Shown here: in pieces, positions 23,933-36,053 of the stretch
Layout of the letters: the number at the start of each line of letters is the position of its first letter
Position numbering within the stretch: the first letter of the stretch is position 1
From: Octopus sinensis
Taxonomy: Eukaryota
Reading direction: 5' to 3'
NCBI RefSeq assembly: GCF_006345805.1
Contig: NC_043014.1
Span: 45,694,001-45,758,000 of the forward strand
DNA: 64,000 nucleotides
Program-made: the position numbers and the translations under genes
Notes under the pieces: model-generated
What the model was told of the DNA's origin: nothing
The model's input: the letters and a program-made list of their open reading frames with translations, nothing else
The model's database searches: none

Positions 23933-24217
23933 ATTGTACATTGAGGGTCGCCTTCGTCTCTGATGGATTGTTCTTGTTTACGGAATTCTCTGCAAAGCAA
24001 GAAATCTGTTGCCCATTTAACGTCCGATTCACTTCGATGTTCAGCACAATTGAAGACTTATCACCATTCTGGGTTACTTTATCAGAGTAGTTTTTGTTGT
24101 TTGAGGTCCAGTAAAGCTGAGGTGGAGGCTTGCCGCCAGTTGAAGTACAGGTCAGATCTGTACGTTCCCCTTCTTTGTATATTCGGCTGCCGTCGATGAC
24201 TGGCACCCCGGGTGGTA
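23933..24217 (-). CDS. IgSF exon: Ig2 (C2-set-like)
   Basis: Acceptor ttcag, donor gtaagt; 285 nt; PPGVPVIDG..LTCTSTGGKPPPQLYW..ISCFAEN..LNVQ. Confidence 0.95.
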
Positions 24218-24764
24218 CTGAAGCAAAAATAGAACAAACGCCAATTATAAAATCATAAAACCATGGACACATACACACATAATATCTATCTATCTATCTG
24301 TCATTGGTTGTCAAGAAGTGACGGGGGGGGGGGGACAAACACAAACAGATATCTTTTACATACATACAAACACACACACATGTAACCTATATACACGATA
24401 GGCTTTCTGCGGACAAGATCCACTCATCAGGATTTGCTTGGCCCAGTAGATGACACTCACACAAGGTGTCATGCAGTGAGACTGAACCTGGAACCATGTG
24501 GTTCCTCTTTCAGTCAGAGTCACGAGGGGCCTCCTTCAGTCAGAGTCACAAAATCCACTCACAAGGCACTGGCCCATCCAGGGCTGCAGTAGGAGACACC
24601 TGCTTGGCGTGCCACATAATGGGATTGAACACAGGACTACAGGCTTCCCAACTGCACAGTCACACTTGTGTCTAGCATGAAGCTGGAAAGTATAAAGCAT
24701 TGTTAGAATCTAGACCTCCCCACTGCTATATCTTGTGCCTGTCTCCTATTTTGAAATGTGAGTA

Positions 24765-25120
24765 AGTGAGTGAGTGATTGAGTGAGTGAGTGATTGAGTG
24801 AGTGAGGAGTGAGTGAGGGAGTGAGGAGTGAGGGAGTGAGTGAGTGAGTGAGTGAGTGAGTGAGTGAGTGAGTGAGTGAGTGAGTGAGTGAGTGAGTGAG
24901 TGAGTGAGTGAGTGAGTGAGTGAGTGAGTGAGTGAGTGAGTGAGTGAGGAGTGAGTGAGTGAGTGAGTGAGTGAGTGAGTGAGGAGTGAGTGAGTGAGTG
25001 AGGAGTGAGTGAGTGAGGAGTGATGAGTGAGTGAGGGAGTGAGTGAGGAGTGGGGTGTGAGTGAGTGAGTGAGAGTGAGAGAGAGAGTGAGAGAGAGAGT
25101 GAGAGTGAGAGAGAGAGAGC
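24765..25120. repeat. (GAGT)n/(GA)n microsatellite
   Basis: Visible. Confidence 0.97.
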
Positions 25121-25332
25121 ATATGTGTGCGTGTACCAGTGTTACTTGAGTTTGCACAGGCATGGTTGTGTGGTAAGAAACTTGCTTCCTAACAACATGA
25201 TTCTGGGTTCAGTCCCACAGTGCAGTACATAGGGCAAGTGTCTTCTACTATAGCCTCGGGCTGACCAAAGCCTTGTGAGTGGGTTTGGTTGATGGAAGAA
25301 GCCCATCATTATATATATATATATATATATAT

Positions 25333-25727
25333 ACTAGCAGTATCGCCCGGCGTTGCTCAGGCTTGTAAGGGAAATAACTATATAAGCATTTTTAGAGATG
25401 TAAAGTATAATAGCCATCTCAATATGGCTAACCACAAAGGGGGGGGGTGTTACAGTAGCTTTTTACGTTCTGAGATTTAATAATAAATTTTTAGAGAGTT
25501 ACTTCCCTTATATATGTCAAAAATGCATTAAAAATGGGAAAAATTGATGGTAATTTTTTTTAAAAATCGTAGACTCATCATAGACGCGCGCTAATACCCA
25601 GAAGGGCTCGATATGAATCACGACTATAAGATACCCGCTTTTGGTTAAACTGCACCGCAAAATGTGGGAGTAGTTAGGAATCTAAATCGGAGTAGACAGA
25701 CAGCATACAACCTCACTTTTATATATA
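25333..25727 (+). mobile_element. Non-autonomous Helitron/DINE-1-like element
   Basis: actagcagtatcgcccggcgttgct start, gacagacag..cttttatatata end, inserted in TA runs; family assignment by resemblance only. Confidence 0.65.
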
Positions 25728-26351
25728 AAGATATATATATATATAGACTCTGGCCCAAGGTGCCACGCAGTGGGACTGAACCCTGAACAATATGGTTGGG
25801 AAGCAAGCTTCTTACCACACAGCTACTCCTGAGCCTATAACACACACACACACACAACGTTTCTTTTCTGTTTCCGTTTTCCAAATTCACTCAAGTTTTA
25901 GTCAGTCCAGGGTTATAGTAGAAGACCCTAATCTAAGGTGCCTAATCTAAGACTGGACCCGCAACTATGTGCTTGAGAATATTTTTTTTTCTACTATAGG
26001 CCAAAAATTCTGGGAGAGTAGGCGAGCCGATTGCATCGACCCCGGTGCTCAAATTGAAAACTTATTTTATCAAACCCGAAAGGAAGAAAAGCAAAGTCAA
26101 CCAGAGCGGAATTTTGACTTGGAAAGTAAAGCCGGAAGAAATGTCGCTAATCATTTTGTCCGGCATACTAACGTTTCTACCAGCTCACCGCTTTGGTTTT
26201 TAACCATTTCGATACAACCTTTCACCTAAAATTAGTCTCGAGTGATTTACACGCTTGAAACCTATCAGGAGTGTATGAACCAGGGGACACAACTCCTGAT
26301 AAAGGGAGAAAACTATAACATTTAACTCGTTATTGGGTTACAGCCTTCGGA

Positions 26352-26955
26352 TACAAATGAGTTTCGACTCTGAATCATAGTATAGTGATGGTGATGTCGA
26401 CGATGATAATAATAGATTTGGCGGCGAGCTAGCAGAAACGTTAGCACGCCGGGTGAAATGCGTAGCCGTATTTCGTCTGCCATAACGTTCTGAGTTCAAA
26501 TTCCGCCGAGGTCGACTTTGCCGTTCATCCTTTCGGGGTCGATTAAATAAGTACCAGTTACGCACTGGGGTCGATGTAATCGGCTTAATACCTATGTCTG
26601 TCCTTGTTTGTCCCCTCTGTGTTTAGCCCCTTGTGGGTAATAAAGAAATAGGTACAAATGAGTTTCGACTCTGAATCATAGTATAGTGATGGTGATGTCG
26701 ACGATGATAATAATAAATTTGGCGGTGAGCTGGCACAAACGTTAGCACGCCAGGCGAAATGCGTAGCCGTATTTCGTCTTGCCGTTACGTTCTGAGTTCA
26801 AATTCCGCCGAGGTCGACTTTGCCTTTCATCCTTTCGGAGTCGATAAATTAAGTACCAGTTACGCACTGGGGTCGATATAATCGGCTTAATCCGTTTGTC
26901 TGTCCTTGTTTGTCCTCTCTGTGTTTAGCCAACTTGTTTGTAGTAAAGAAATAGA
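26352..26955 (+). repeat. 301-bp tandem duplication of a SINE plus ~65 bp of its 5' flank
   Basis: tacaaatgagtttcgactctg at 26352 and 26653, each followed by a full SINE. Confidence 0.9.
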
Positions 26956-27139
26956 TAATAGATTTGGTAAATTAGGTAATGATAAAAATGGTGTATGTTG
27001 TTGTTTTGCCTCATTGTGACGAAAGGCATCCAATAGTGACAATCGTCATCATTTAAATACATAAGACATTACCCCAAATGGGGTAAAAATGAAAATTTTG
27101 GGGGCTAATGCGAACTCGTCAGACGTAATTAAAATCTAT

Positions 27140-27648
27140 ATATATAAAACTGTAGTTGTGTGAGTGTCTGTCCCCTTCGATTTAGATTCCTAACTACTCC
27201 CACATTTTGCGGTGCAGTTTAACCAAATTCGGGTATCTTATAGTCGTAATTCATATCGAGCCCGTCTGAGTATTAGCGCGCGTCTACGATGAGTCTACGA
27301 TTTAAAAAATAATTTAACATCATTTTTTATTCCATTTTAATGCATAATTTTTCGTGTGTCGATGGCGGCGGAGTTGGCGTCCATGGTCACACCTGCACCT
27401 GTTTGCTTCTCCCCCTTCTTCTCTCCCTCGTGAAGCTGTGGGGAAGGGAGTGTAAGGAAATCAACGTCGTAAAGCGTTGTCAAGGAGACCAGCGTTCTTT
27501 TAGAACAACGACTTCATGGCTTGAAGACACCAAAACAGAAATGGCTAAGAAAGCCCGAATTGGCATCTATAAAGGAAGTAACTCTCTAAAAATGCTTATA
27601 TAGTTATTTCCCTTACAAACCCGAGCAACGCCGGGCGATACTGCTAGT
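27140..27648 (-). mobile_element. Helitron/DINE-1-like element (reverse)
   Basis: Ends match 25333-25727 in reverse complement; different middle. Confidence 0.65.
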
Positions 27649-27869
27649 TATATATAAAAAAAAAACCGTGAGCCTTTGTTATGACAGAAATTTTCTCTTT
27701 TGGCATAAGGAGGCAGTCAAAAAGCGACTGCCTTTGACAACAACGTACCTTTGCAATCAAGGATTTTCCACGCTAATGAACAAAGCAGAGTAATTGATTG
27801 GACCCTGAAGACTGTATCCAAATTTCTCTGTCGTTCTTATCTACTCTAGCAACAAGGCCCGAAATATTT

Positions 27870-28410
27870 AGGGAGGGGTTAGTCGATTAGATCGACCCCA
27901 GTACGCAACTGGTACTTAATTTATCAACCCCGAAAGGATGAAATGTAAGGCGAAGTCGACCTCGACGAAAGTTGAACCCAGAACATAAAGACAGACGAAA
28001 TACCTATTTCTTTACTACCCACAAGGGGCTAAACACAGAGGGGACAAACAAGGACAGACAAACGGATTAAGTCAATTATATCGACCCCAGTGCGTAACAG
28101 GTACTTAATTTATCAACCCCGAAAGGATGAAAGGCAATGTTGACCTCGGCGGAATTTGAACTCAGAACGTAACGGTAGACAAAATACCTATTTCTTTACT
28201 ACCCACAAGGGGCTAAACACAGAGGGGACAGACAAACGGATTAAGCCGATTATATTGACCCCAGTGCGTAACTGGTACTTAATTTATCGATCCCGAAAGG
28301 ATGAAAGGCAAAGTCGACCTTGGCGGAATTTGAACTCAGAACGTAACAGCAGACGAAATACGGCTACGCATTTCGCCCGGCGTGCTAACGTTTCTGCCAG
28401 CTCGCCGCCT
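27870..28410 (-). mobile_element. Head-to-tail multimer of the ctttcatcc-core SINE (3 units, one head)
   Basis: Three cgaaaggatgaaa cores; single head at ~28405. Confidence 0.85.
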
Positions 28411-28924
28411 TCCAATTTTGATGTAATTGTAACAAAAATGAAACAGCACCATTTCTCCAAAACCTGAAGTGAAAAAGTTTCTAGAAAAATTCTTCCGTTT
28501 CATAATGAGGATATTAGTGTATTTCATTGTATTTGTTTTATATTCATAATTGTATTCTCCATATAAATAGATTCAATAAATCTTTTGAATTCAAAGAATC
28601 TATGATTTTCTTCCTTTCAAATGAAGTGGGTATAAATAACACTTGGGCAAGTGTTGGGCCAACCAGAGCCTTGTGAGTGGATTTGGTAGATGGAAACTGA
28701 AAGAATCTCATCAGATGTATATATGTGCGTGTGTTTTGTGTCTATGTTTGACCCTCCATCGCCACTTGGCAACCAGCATAAATAGATATATTTTGGGTTA
28801 CTTGGGTAAAAAAGTTCTTCGACCCCCACCTCCATTATAGGATGTGGGTTGAAGGAGATTCAGCTATTTGTAGCAGATTCGTGAGACTTGACTGCAAAGG
28901 AGCTTTTCTGTTGATGGTAATATC

Positions 28925-29324
28925 TATATATATATAAAGCTGAAGTTGTCTGTGTATGGCAGGTTTGGTAGCCTTCAACTAACACTATCTCCTCCGAGAC
29001 CCTGCAGCGCAAGTTGATCAAAATTGAGAGCATGACAGAAGAAGGCTTGCTCTTCCTTCCGTAGAAGAAAAAAAATTCAAATCGGACCATGCTAACACCA
29101 AAAATTATTTACATCAAAAAGGTGCTTTTTTTTTCTTCTATGAAAATCCCTATTTCATACGATTTTTTGACTGCTGTGTCGCCATTTTTCGGTGTAGTTC
29201 AACCAGGAAAATGTTCACTTAAAGAGAATAACAAGCTACATAATGCAAAATGTTTACTTTTCAAAAATTCCAATTCTAAAAGGTCGAAACAAACCCGAGC
29301 AACGCCGGGTGATACTGCAAGTTA
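28925..29324 (-). mobile_element. Helitron/DINE-1-like element (reverse), third subtype
   Basis: cccgagcaacgccgggtgatactgc terminus shared with 27620-27648. Confidence 0.6.
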
Positions 29325-29436
29325 ACATAAAAATGGAGATGACGTTCATGAGTGATAGAAAACATGAAGGAACATGAGGATAATGTTAGCGAATATGTAA
29401 GTAATGATGATGAACTAGAAAGTAAAATTTACTTAC

Positions 29437-29739
29437 GCAAAACATTCAGTTTTAATTTTCCATTGATTACATCTGAAGATGTCATACAGTTGCAGGCATA
29501 GACATTATCGTCTGCTTCTGTTACATTTATTATCATAAACTCGCCGTTTCTAAGAGCCTTGTAACGATTCCTGTTTAATGAAGTAACTATTGTCATGTTG
29601 CGGATGATCATATTGTTATCCCTTATCCAAAACACTTCACATTCGTTATTCGTGATACAGCATAATGTTACATTAGATCCCACAGGGACGGATTGGTCAG
29701 CTGGTGGGCATAGCCAGGTTTGGCCATAGATAATATAAA
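29437..29739 (-). CDS. IgSF exon: end of probable signal peptide (YIIYG) + Ig1 (6 Cys)
   Basis: Acceptor ttttgcag at 29740-29742, donor gtaagt at 29436-29431; 303 nt; encodes ..PPADQSVPVGSNVTLCC..W..DDNVYAC..LNVL. Confidence 0.93.
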
Positions 29740-29823
29740 CTGCAAAAAACAAAAGAAAAAGTAAAATTTTAATTACACTAAAACACAAATTAACATTCTT
29801 GCATTGAACACAACTAGACATTC

Positions 29824-30225
29824 GGATCTTTTCGGTTTGAACGGCAGTTTTTTTTTAATAATTTCCACGTAACTAAACACTTTTAAACTTCGTATACTGG
29901 TAGAATGTGTTTATAAAACATCTTTTTCTCTTGGCTTTATTGAGAAAATTCTATAGTTTGTAAATATTTGTTGTTGTTTTTTCTTCAATTTCAACCAATC
30001 AATGACGTCTATTGAGGTGAAAACATTCTGTGCCGTGTGAATATGCCCCTCGTTTAAGAAACAGATTGGGTTTATTTACATTTGTGAAGAAAAAAAGATA
30101 CCCTTCCCCCACCCCTAACCCTAAAACAGATTGAAATGCAATAGATCGATACTAGGGTCATAATTATGGGTGACAATTTCATATGACACCGCTAGAAAAA
30201 GCTGCCGTTCAAACAGAAAAGATCC
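29824..30225 (+). mobile_element. Merlin-like MITE with perfect 8-bp TSD agacattc
   Basis: TSD at 29816-29823 and 30226-30233; ~30-bp TIR. Confidence 0.9.
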
Positions 30226-30414
30226 AGACATTCTAACTGCTGTGACCACAACTAGACATAATTGCCGTGAACACAACTAAGAAGTTATTTCTTAGTCTCC
30301 TTTCTAAGGGAGAGAACTCTTTGTATGGGATTTATGATTTCGAAGGGAACAAAGCAAGTCTCTATGGTTATTACATAAAAGCCTGTGGCAAAAACTCTCA
30401 GTGTCTGTATACTC

Positions 30415-30623
30415 TTTTACTCTTTTACTTGTTTCAGTCATTTGACTGCGGCCATGCTGGAGCACCGCCTTTAGTCGAGCAAATCGACCCCGGGACTTAT
30501 TCTTTATAAGCCCAGTACTTATTCTATCGGTCTCTTTTGCCAAACCGCTAAGTGACGGGGATGTAAACACACCAGCATTGGTTGTCAAGCAATGCTAAGA
30601 GGACAAACACAGACACACAAACT

Positions 30624-30665
<42 letters not shown>

Positions 30666-30828
30666 TACGACGGGCTTCTTTCAGTTTCCGTCTACCAAAT
30701 CCACTCACAAGGCTTTGGTCGGCCCGGGGCTATAGCAGAAGACACTTGCCCAAGATGCCACGCAGTGGGACTGAACCCGGAACCATGTGGTTGGTTAGCA
30801 AGCTACTTACCACACAGCCACTCCTGCA
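30415..30828 (-). mobile_element. CORE-like SINE (full length)
   Basis: Reverse complement of the 5225 family. Confidence 0.88.
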
Positions 30829-30875
30829 CCTATGTATGTTCAGAAAAGATCATTTTTACGACTGAGCCTCTATAC

Positions 30876-31077
30876 CAGTGCTTTTCAAACTTTTTGCTGG
30901 AGCGGAACCCCAAGTAAACAATCCACTGGCTCAACGAACCCCTGTGCAATAATTTAATAGTCTTATGCACACATATCTGCACAGAGGACTTAAAAATTAC
31001 TGTCGATTTTAGCAGTTTTGTAACTTCTTGGTGGAACCCCTGGACTGTACTGACGGAACCCTGGTTGAAAACCACTG
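30876..31077. mobile_element. hAT-like MITE with perfect 8-bp TSD ctctatac
   Basis: Termini cagtgcttttcaa / ttgaaaaccactg; TSD at 30868-30875 and 31078-31085. Confidence 0.88.
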
Positions 31078-31200
31078 CTCTATACGCATGCATGTAGGGC
31101 TTCAGTTATGCAGCTGAACTCCAACTTTCTATACAGTTTCGTGTAACGGTGGAAGTCGAGCAGAGGAGCATATTAAACACCAACATTATTCAGTGTGATA

Positions 31201-31690
31201 AGGCGGCGAGTTGGCAGAAACGTTAGCACGCCGGGCGAAATGCGTAGCCGTATTTCGTCTGCCGTTACGTCCTGAGTTCAAATTCCGCCGAGGTCGACTT
31301 TGCCTTTCATCGATTTCGGGGTCGATTAAATAAGTACCATTTACGCACTGGGGTCGATATAATCGGCTTAATCTGTTTGTCTGTCCTTGTTTGTCCCCTC
31401 TGTGTTTAGCCCCTTGTGGGTAGTAAAAGAAATAGGTATTTCATCTGCCGTTACGTTCTGAGTTCAAATTCCGCCGAGGTCTACTTTGCCTTTCATCCTT
31501 TCGGGTTCGATTAAATAAGTACCATTTACGCAATGGGGTCGATATAATCGGCTTAATCCGTTTGTCTGTCCTTGTTTATCCCCTCTGTGTGTAGCCCCTT
31601 GTGGGTAGTAAAGAAATATCTATTTCATCTGCTGCTACCTTCTGAGTTTGATAAATTAAGTACCAGCGAGACACTGGGGTCGATATAATC
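31201..31690 (+). mobile_element. ctttcatcc-core SINE multimer
   Basis: One head, then repeated body units. Confidence 0.85.
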
Positions 31691-31742
31691 AACTGGTGCC
31701 CTCCTCCCAAATTTCAGGCCTTGTGTTTTTAGTAGAAAGGAT

Positions 31743-31881
31743 TACTACTACTACTACCACCACTACTACTACTACCACCACTACTACTACTACCACTACT
31801 ACCACCAGCACCACCACTACTACCAGCACCACTACTACTACCACCACCACCACTACTACTACCAGCACCACTACTACCAGC

Positions 31882-31913
<32 letters not shown>

Positions 31914-31920
31914 CACCACC

Positions 31921-31952
<32 letters not shown>

Positions 31953-31989
31953 CAGCACTACTACTACCACCACCACTACTACTATCACC

Positions 31990-32021
<32 letters not shown>

Positions 32022-32211
32022 CACCACTACTACTACCAGCACCACTACTACCAGCACCACTACTACTACCACCACTACTACTACTACCACCACTACTACT
32101 ACCACCACCACTACTACTACCAGCACTACTACTACTACCACCACTACTACTACTACCACCACTACTACTACCACCACCACTACTACTACCAGCACTACTA
32201 CTACTACTACT
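31743..32211. repeat. (ACT/ACC)n trinucleotide tract
   Basis: Visible; explains the poly-T/V/S ORFs. Confidence 0.97.
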
Positions 32212-32959
32212 ACATATTATATATCTGGTAGTCAATGGTAGAAGATCCAAAGCGCAAAGCCAAGGGTCTATGCAGATTGAACCTAAAAACCATCTGGTCG
32301 TTAAGTAAACCCCTTAACCACACAGATGAGCCTGTGTCCATGTAATTTTAATTAAGAAAAAAAAAAAGAACAAAAAAAAAAGAAGCAGACCCTGTTGAGA
32401 GTCCTCTATATTAAACGTGTGAGCATCATCTTCTAAAACTGAATAAGGCCAAGTTAGTGCAATGAAGCTGAAAACCTTTGGGATTTGAAACCACACAACC
32501 TTGCAGTTTCCAATCTGAGAAGAAACAATTTGTGCTTTGGGGTGTGATTATGTGAATGTCTGCATTTTAATACGTCTGGGTCAGGATTGATTCATTATAT
32601 TTCAGAATTTCACTTGCCTTGTTTTAGTTAGCAGAATTTTTAACCAAAATTCTACGCCCACCTCCGTCAACAATTAACTGAGTTTATTTAAAAGCAGCTG
32701 TTTATAATTTAATTAAGAAAAAAAAATTTTTTTTTTCTTTTTCCTAAAAACAAAACAAAGAAAGAAATTCATTATGCAAATTCCTTAAACTAATCCCAGG
32801 TTGACAGGAAATGACAGAGGAAATGGTTACGCTTGTGAATTTGAATGCAGCGTTACAAAAATTTTATTTGTTGTGCAATCTCCTGACAAACATTGTCACA
32901 TGATGTTCTCAGACAGGTAACACTTAACTTCCATCTACTAATGAATTTATGCACCCAAC

Positions 32960-33347
32960 AATATGGAAGCACTCCGTCGGTTACGACGACCAGGGTTCCG
33001 GTTGATCCGAATCAACGGAACAGCCTGCTCGTGAAATTAACGTGTAAGTGGCTGAGCACTCCACAGACACGTGTACCCTTAACGTAGTTCTCGGGGATAT
33101 TCAGCGTGACACAGAGAGTGACATGGCCGGCCCTTTGAAATACAAGTACAACAGAAACAGGAAGTAAAAGTGAGAGAAAGTTGTGGTGAAAGAGTACAGC
33201 AGGGATCACCACCATCCCTGCCGGAGCCTCGTGGAGCTTTTAGGTGTTTTCGCTCAATAAACACTCACAACGCCCGGTCTGGGAATCGAAACTGCGATCC
33301 TACGACCGCGAGTCCGCTGCCCTAACCACTGGGCCATTGCGCCTCCA
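32960..33347 (-). mobile_element. tRNA-derived SINE, third family, full length
   Basis: Head ggaggcgcaatggcccagtggttaggg..ttcgattccc is identical to 55947. Confidence 0.88.
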
Positions 33348-33399
33348 CACCCAACAATATAGGTCTTGGACCAACAAAACAAGCCTTATAAAACGAAAT

Positions 33400-33532
33400 C
33401 ACCTTCAAAGGAGAGGGGCTTTCTCCGTCCGGGTTGCAGATCCGTGGAATAAGCTGCCGGACGAGATAGTGAAGATGTTGATGACCGCTCGGTTCAAAGT
33501 CTCTCTTGACCAGAAATGGCCTGAACTTCGAT
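33400..33532 (+). mobile_element. CR1-like LINE 3' end fragment
   Basis: RRGAFSVRVADPWNKLPDEIV..FK..LD; relatives at 33820-33955 and 40270-40560. Confidence 0.8.
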
Positions 33533-34244
33533 GAAAATTTTCCAGAGTTTCGCTTGAGATGACGGGTATATTACGTTAATCTTTTTATCTCATACTTGTT
33601 TCAGCCATTTGACTGCGTCCATGCTTGAGCACCGCTTTGAAGGGTTTTAGTTGAACAAATCAACCCCAGTACTTGTTTATCGTATTTATCGGTGTCTTCC
33701 TGAATGAATAGCAATGTGTCTATCACATCGTAATCATTTTTTGCTTCCAACACACTGTCTCTGATCAAATCACTTTGCCTGGCAAGTACGCCTCCGTATT
33801 TGATAACATTACATATAGAGATGAAGAGATAGTGAAGATGCCGATGACCGCTCGGTTCAAAGTCTCTCTTGACCAGAAATGGCCTGAACTCTTTGTATGA
33901 CCACCCTCCCTGTACATAACTCCCTCTCTCCCTACATGGCCTTGCTTTTGCTTTTTGAGCCAATAAAAATTGAATTGAATCAAAAAAATCACTCTTTAAT
34001 GCAGTGGTTCCCCAAAGTACTAAAAAGCCACTGTATGTATGTATGTATGTATGTGTGTGTGTGTGTGTTTATGTTTGACCCCACAACCACTTGACGACTT
34101 ATGTTGTTTCTTTGATATCACCTTAACTTAGTGGCTCGGCAAAGGAGACTGACTGAGTGAATACCAATCTTTAAAAACTAGGTGCTGTGATTGATTTGTT
34201 TAACTAAAGCCCTACAAGGGAGTGCCCCAGCATAGCTGTAGACC

Positions 34245-34583
34245 AGTGGTTCACAATTATTTGTACCTATGGGCCCCTTTGATTCCTATTTTACTTGGGT
34301 GGACCCTCACAGCCATTCGAAGTTTTAAAAATCCTATTGTATTTTCATATTTAAATATTATCTGGAATTGTTTAAAAAAATTTTTTTTAATGTTTTGTGT
34401 ATTGTAGAATTAAAATGAATTTAGTGCACGTAAACTTTACGGGCCTGAAATATAATTTTTTCATGGCCCTTGAAAAAAATAACCATGTTCCCTCCACCCC
34501 AATTTACTATATTGTACCTGTGAACCTCTAAAAATCTTATATTGACCTGCAAGGTCCATATGAACTTCGGTTGAGAGCCCCTG
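34245..34583 (+). mobile_element. hAT-like MITE, same family as 7391-8217, without the nested insert
   Basis: cagtggttcaca..gcccctttgattcctattttac..ggttgagagcccctg. Confidence 0.7.
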
Positions 34584-34626
34584 CTGTTACCAATAATTGC
34601 AACAAGCAAAACATCTCTCTCTCTCT

Positions 34627-35070
34627 CTATCTGCTCAGTCGAAGTCGACTCTCGGCCACTCGTTGGATCAGTGTCCTCCAGTCAGTTCTATCCTGGGCCA
34701 CTTCCTTCAGACTGGCCATGTCCATTCTGGTATCACTCCTGATGGTGTCAAGCCAGCGGGTTCTTGGTCGGCCTCTTCCTCTCTTGCCACTGACCATTCC
34801 GAGCATGATGTCCTTCTCCAGGGATTCTCTCCGCATAATATGACCGAAATATGCCAATCTACGCTTGGGGAAAGAACTGGCCAATATACCCCAGTATAAT
34901 ATGACCGAAATATGCCAATCTACGCTTGGGGAAAGACCTGGCCAATATACCCCAGTATAATATGACCGAAATATGCCAATCTACGCTTGGGGAAAGACCT
35001 GGCCAATATACCCCAGTATAATATGACCGAAATATACCAATCTATGCTTGGGGAAAGACCTGGCCACCTA
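34627..35070 (-). mobile_element. RTE/BovB-like LINE 3' fragment with 61-bp tandem repeats (4 units) at its 5' junction
   Basis: RRLAYFGHIMRR..GKRGRGRPRTRWLD..AQDR..WR; 61-bp periodicity at 34836-35070. Confidence 0.9.
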
Positions 35071-36015
35071 CCCCAGTTTCCTGGCCAATATACTCTATGG
35101 ATCAAAAGTGTAAGAATTCAAATACAATGGTAGCAAACAGTGGGACCCCCGGGCTGCGAGATACCACATTGGCTACTGGGAGAGCACAAGGATAATCATA
35201 ATAGCAGCGGTATTGATGACGTGGATGGGACAAATCCTTCTGGACACCTGCCTGCTGATGTAGCCACCAGTGAACTGAGATCCCTGCGCTGCACGAAAGT
35301 CACAAAAAAAAAAGCAAAACATATACTGTATTAAACCACATGTAAGTCACAATTGTATAGTGATCTTAACTCTCTCTCTCTTTTGGAGAGGCACTGAGCA
35401 GCTATACGCACATATACACACACGGCAGTAACTCCCACCTGCTGAATTCAATCACAAAGCTCCAGTCGGCTCGGGGCTATAGCAGAAGACACCTACCCAA
35501 AGTGCCACGCAGTGGGACTGAACCCGAAACCATGTAGCAAGAAAGCAAGCTCCCTAACCACACAGCCATACCCGTGCCTACAAAAATGTATGCACATATA
35601 CGCTGCGCTATGTGTGTGGCAAGCTTTCTACGGCCGGATGCCCTTCCTGACACCAACCCCCACCTGTTGCCAAGCAAGATAGTTTTCCCCTAACGAAAAC
35701 AAAAGGTGGGGTGCAACATACACTGGGCAAAGTGAAAACTAGAGAAGGAAAACAATTTTATACCAATATTTAACACTAGATTAAGGATGCGACCTTATTC
35801 ATGAGTAAATATGGTACACTTCATGATTTCAGAAATGTAGACCAAGCATGCAAGGAACCATGGAGTTGCAAAGTGAAGGTTCTTTACCATATCAACCCTG
35901 TAGACTACAACCCAATTTTTCCACCCAGTTGTGTCAGAGCAATAGACATCGTTGTCACTCCTCCATACATCTGCAAATATCTTTAACACACACATTTTTC
36001 TCAACTCTTACTCTA

Positions 36016-36053
<38 letters not shown>

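Larger units (their letters stand above)
124..29739 (-). other. Multi-exon IgSF cell-adhesion gene (nephrin/echinoid-like; 7 Ig + FN3 visible), partial at both ends
   Basis: 12 exons, all flanked by AG/GT, all phase 1, join into a stop-free 777-codon frame with Ig motifs (C..W..Y.C) and an FN3 motif WTPGFDGG..Q.F of the kind seen in nephrin-family proteins. Family name is from recalled motifs, not a database search. Confidence 0.92.

Noticed and set aside
31689-32250. Poly-Thr/Ser/Val ORFs as a mucin exon
   Set aside because: Pure trinucleotide tract open in several frames on both strands, with no splice support.
32695-32796. E-box, octamer ATGCAAAT and TAATCC cluster as enhancer
   Set aside because: Short motifs that are common in AT-rich DNA; no conservation or chromatin data available.
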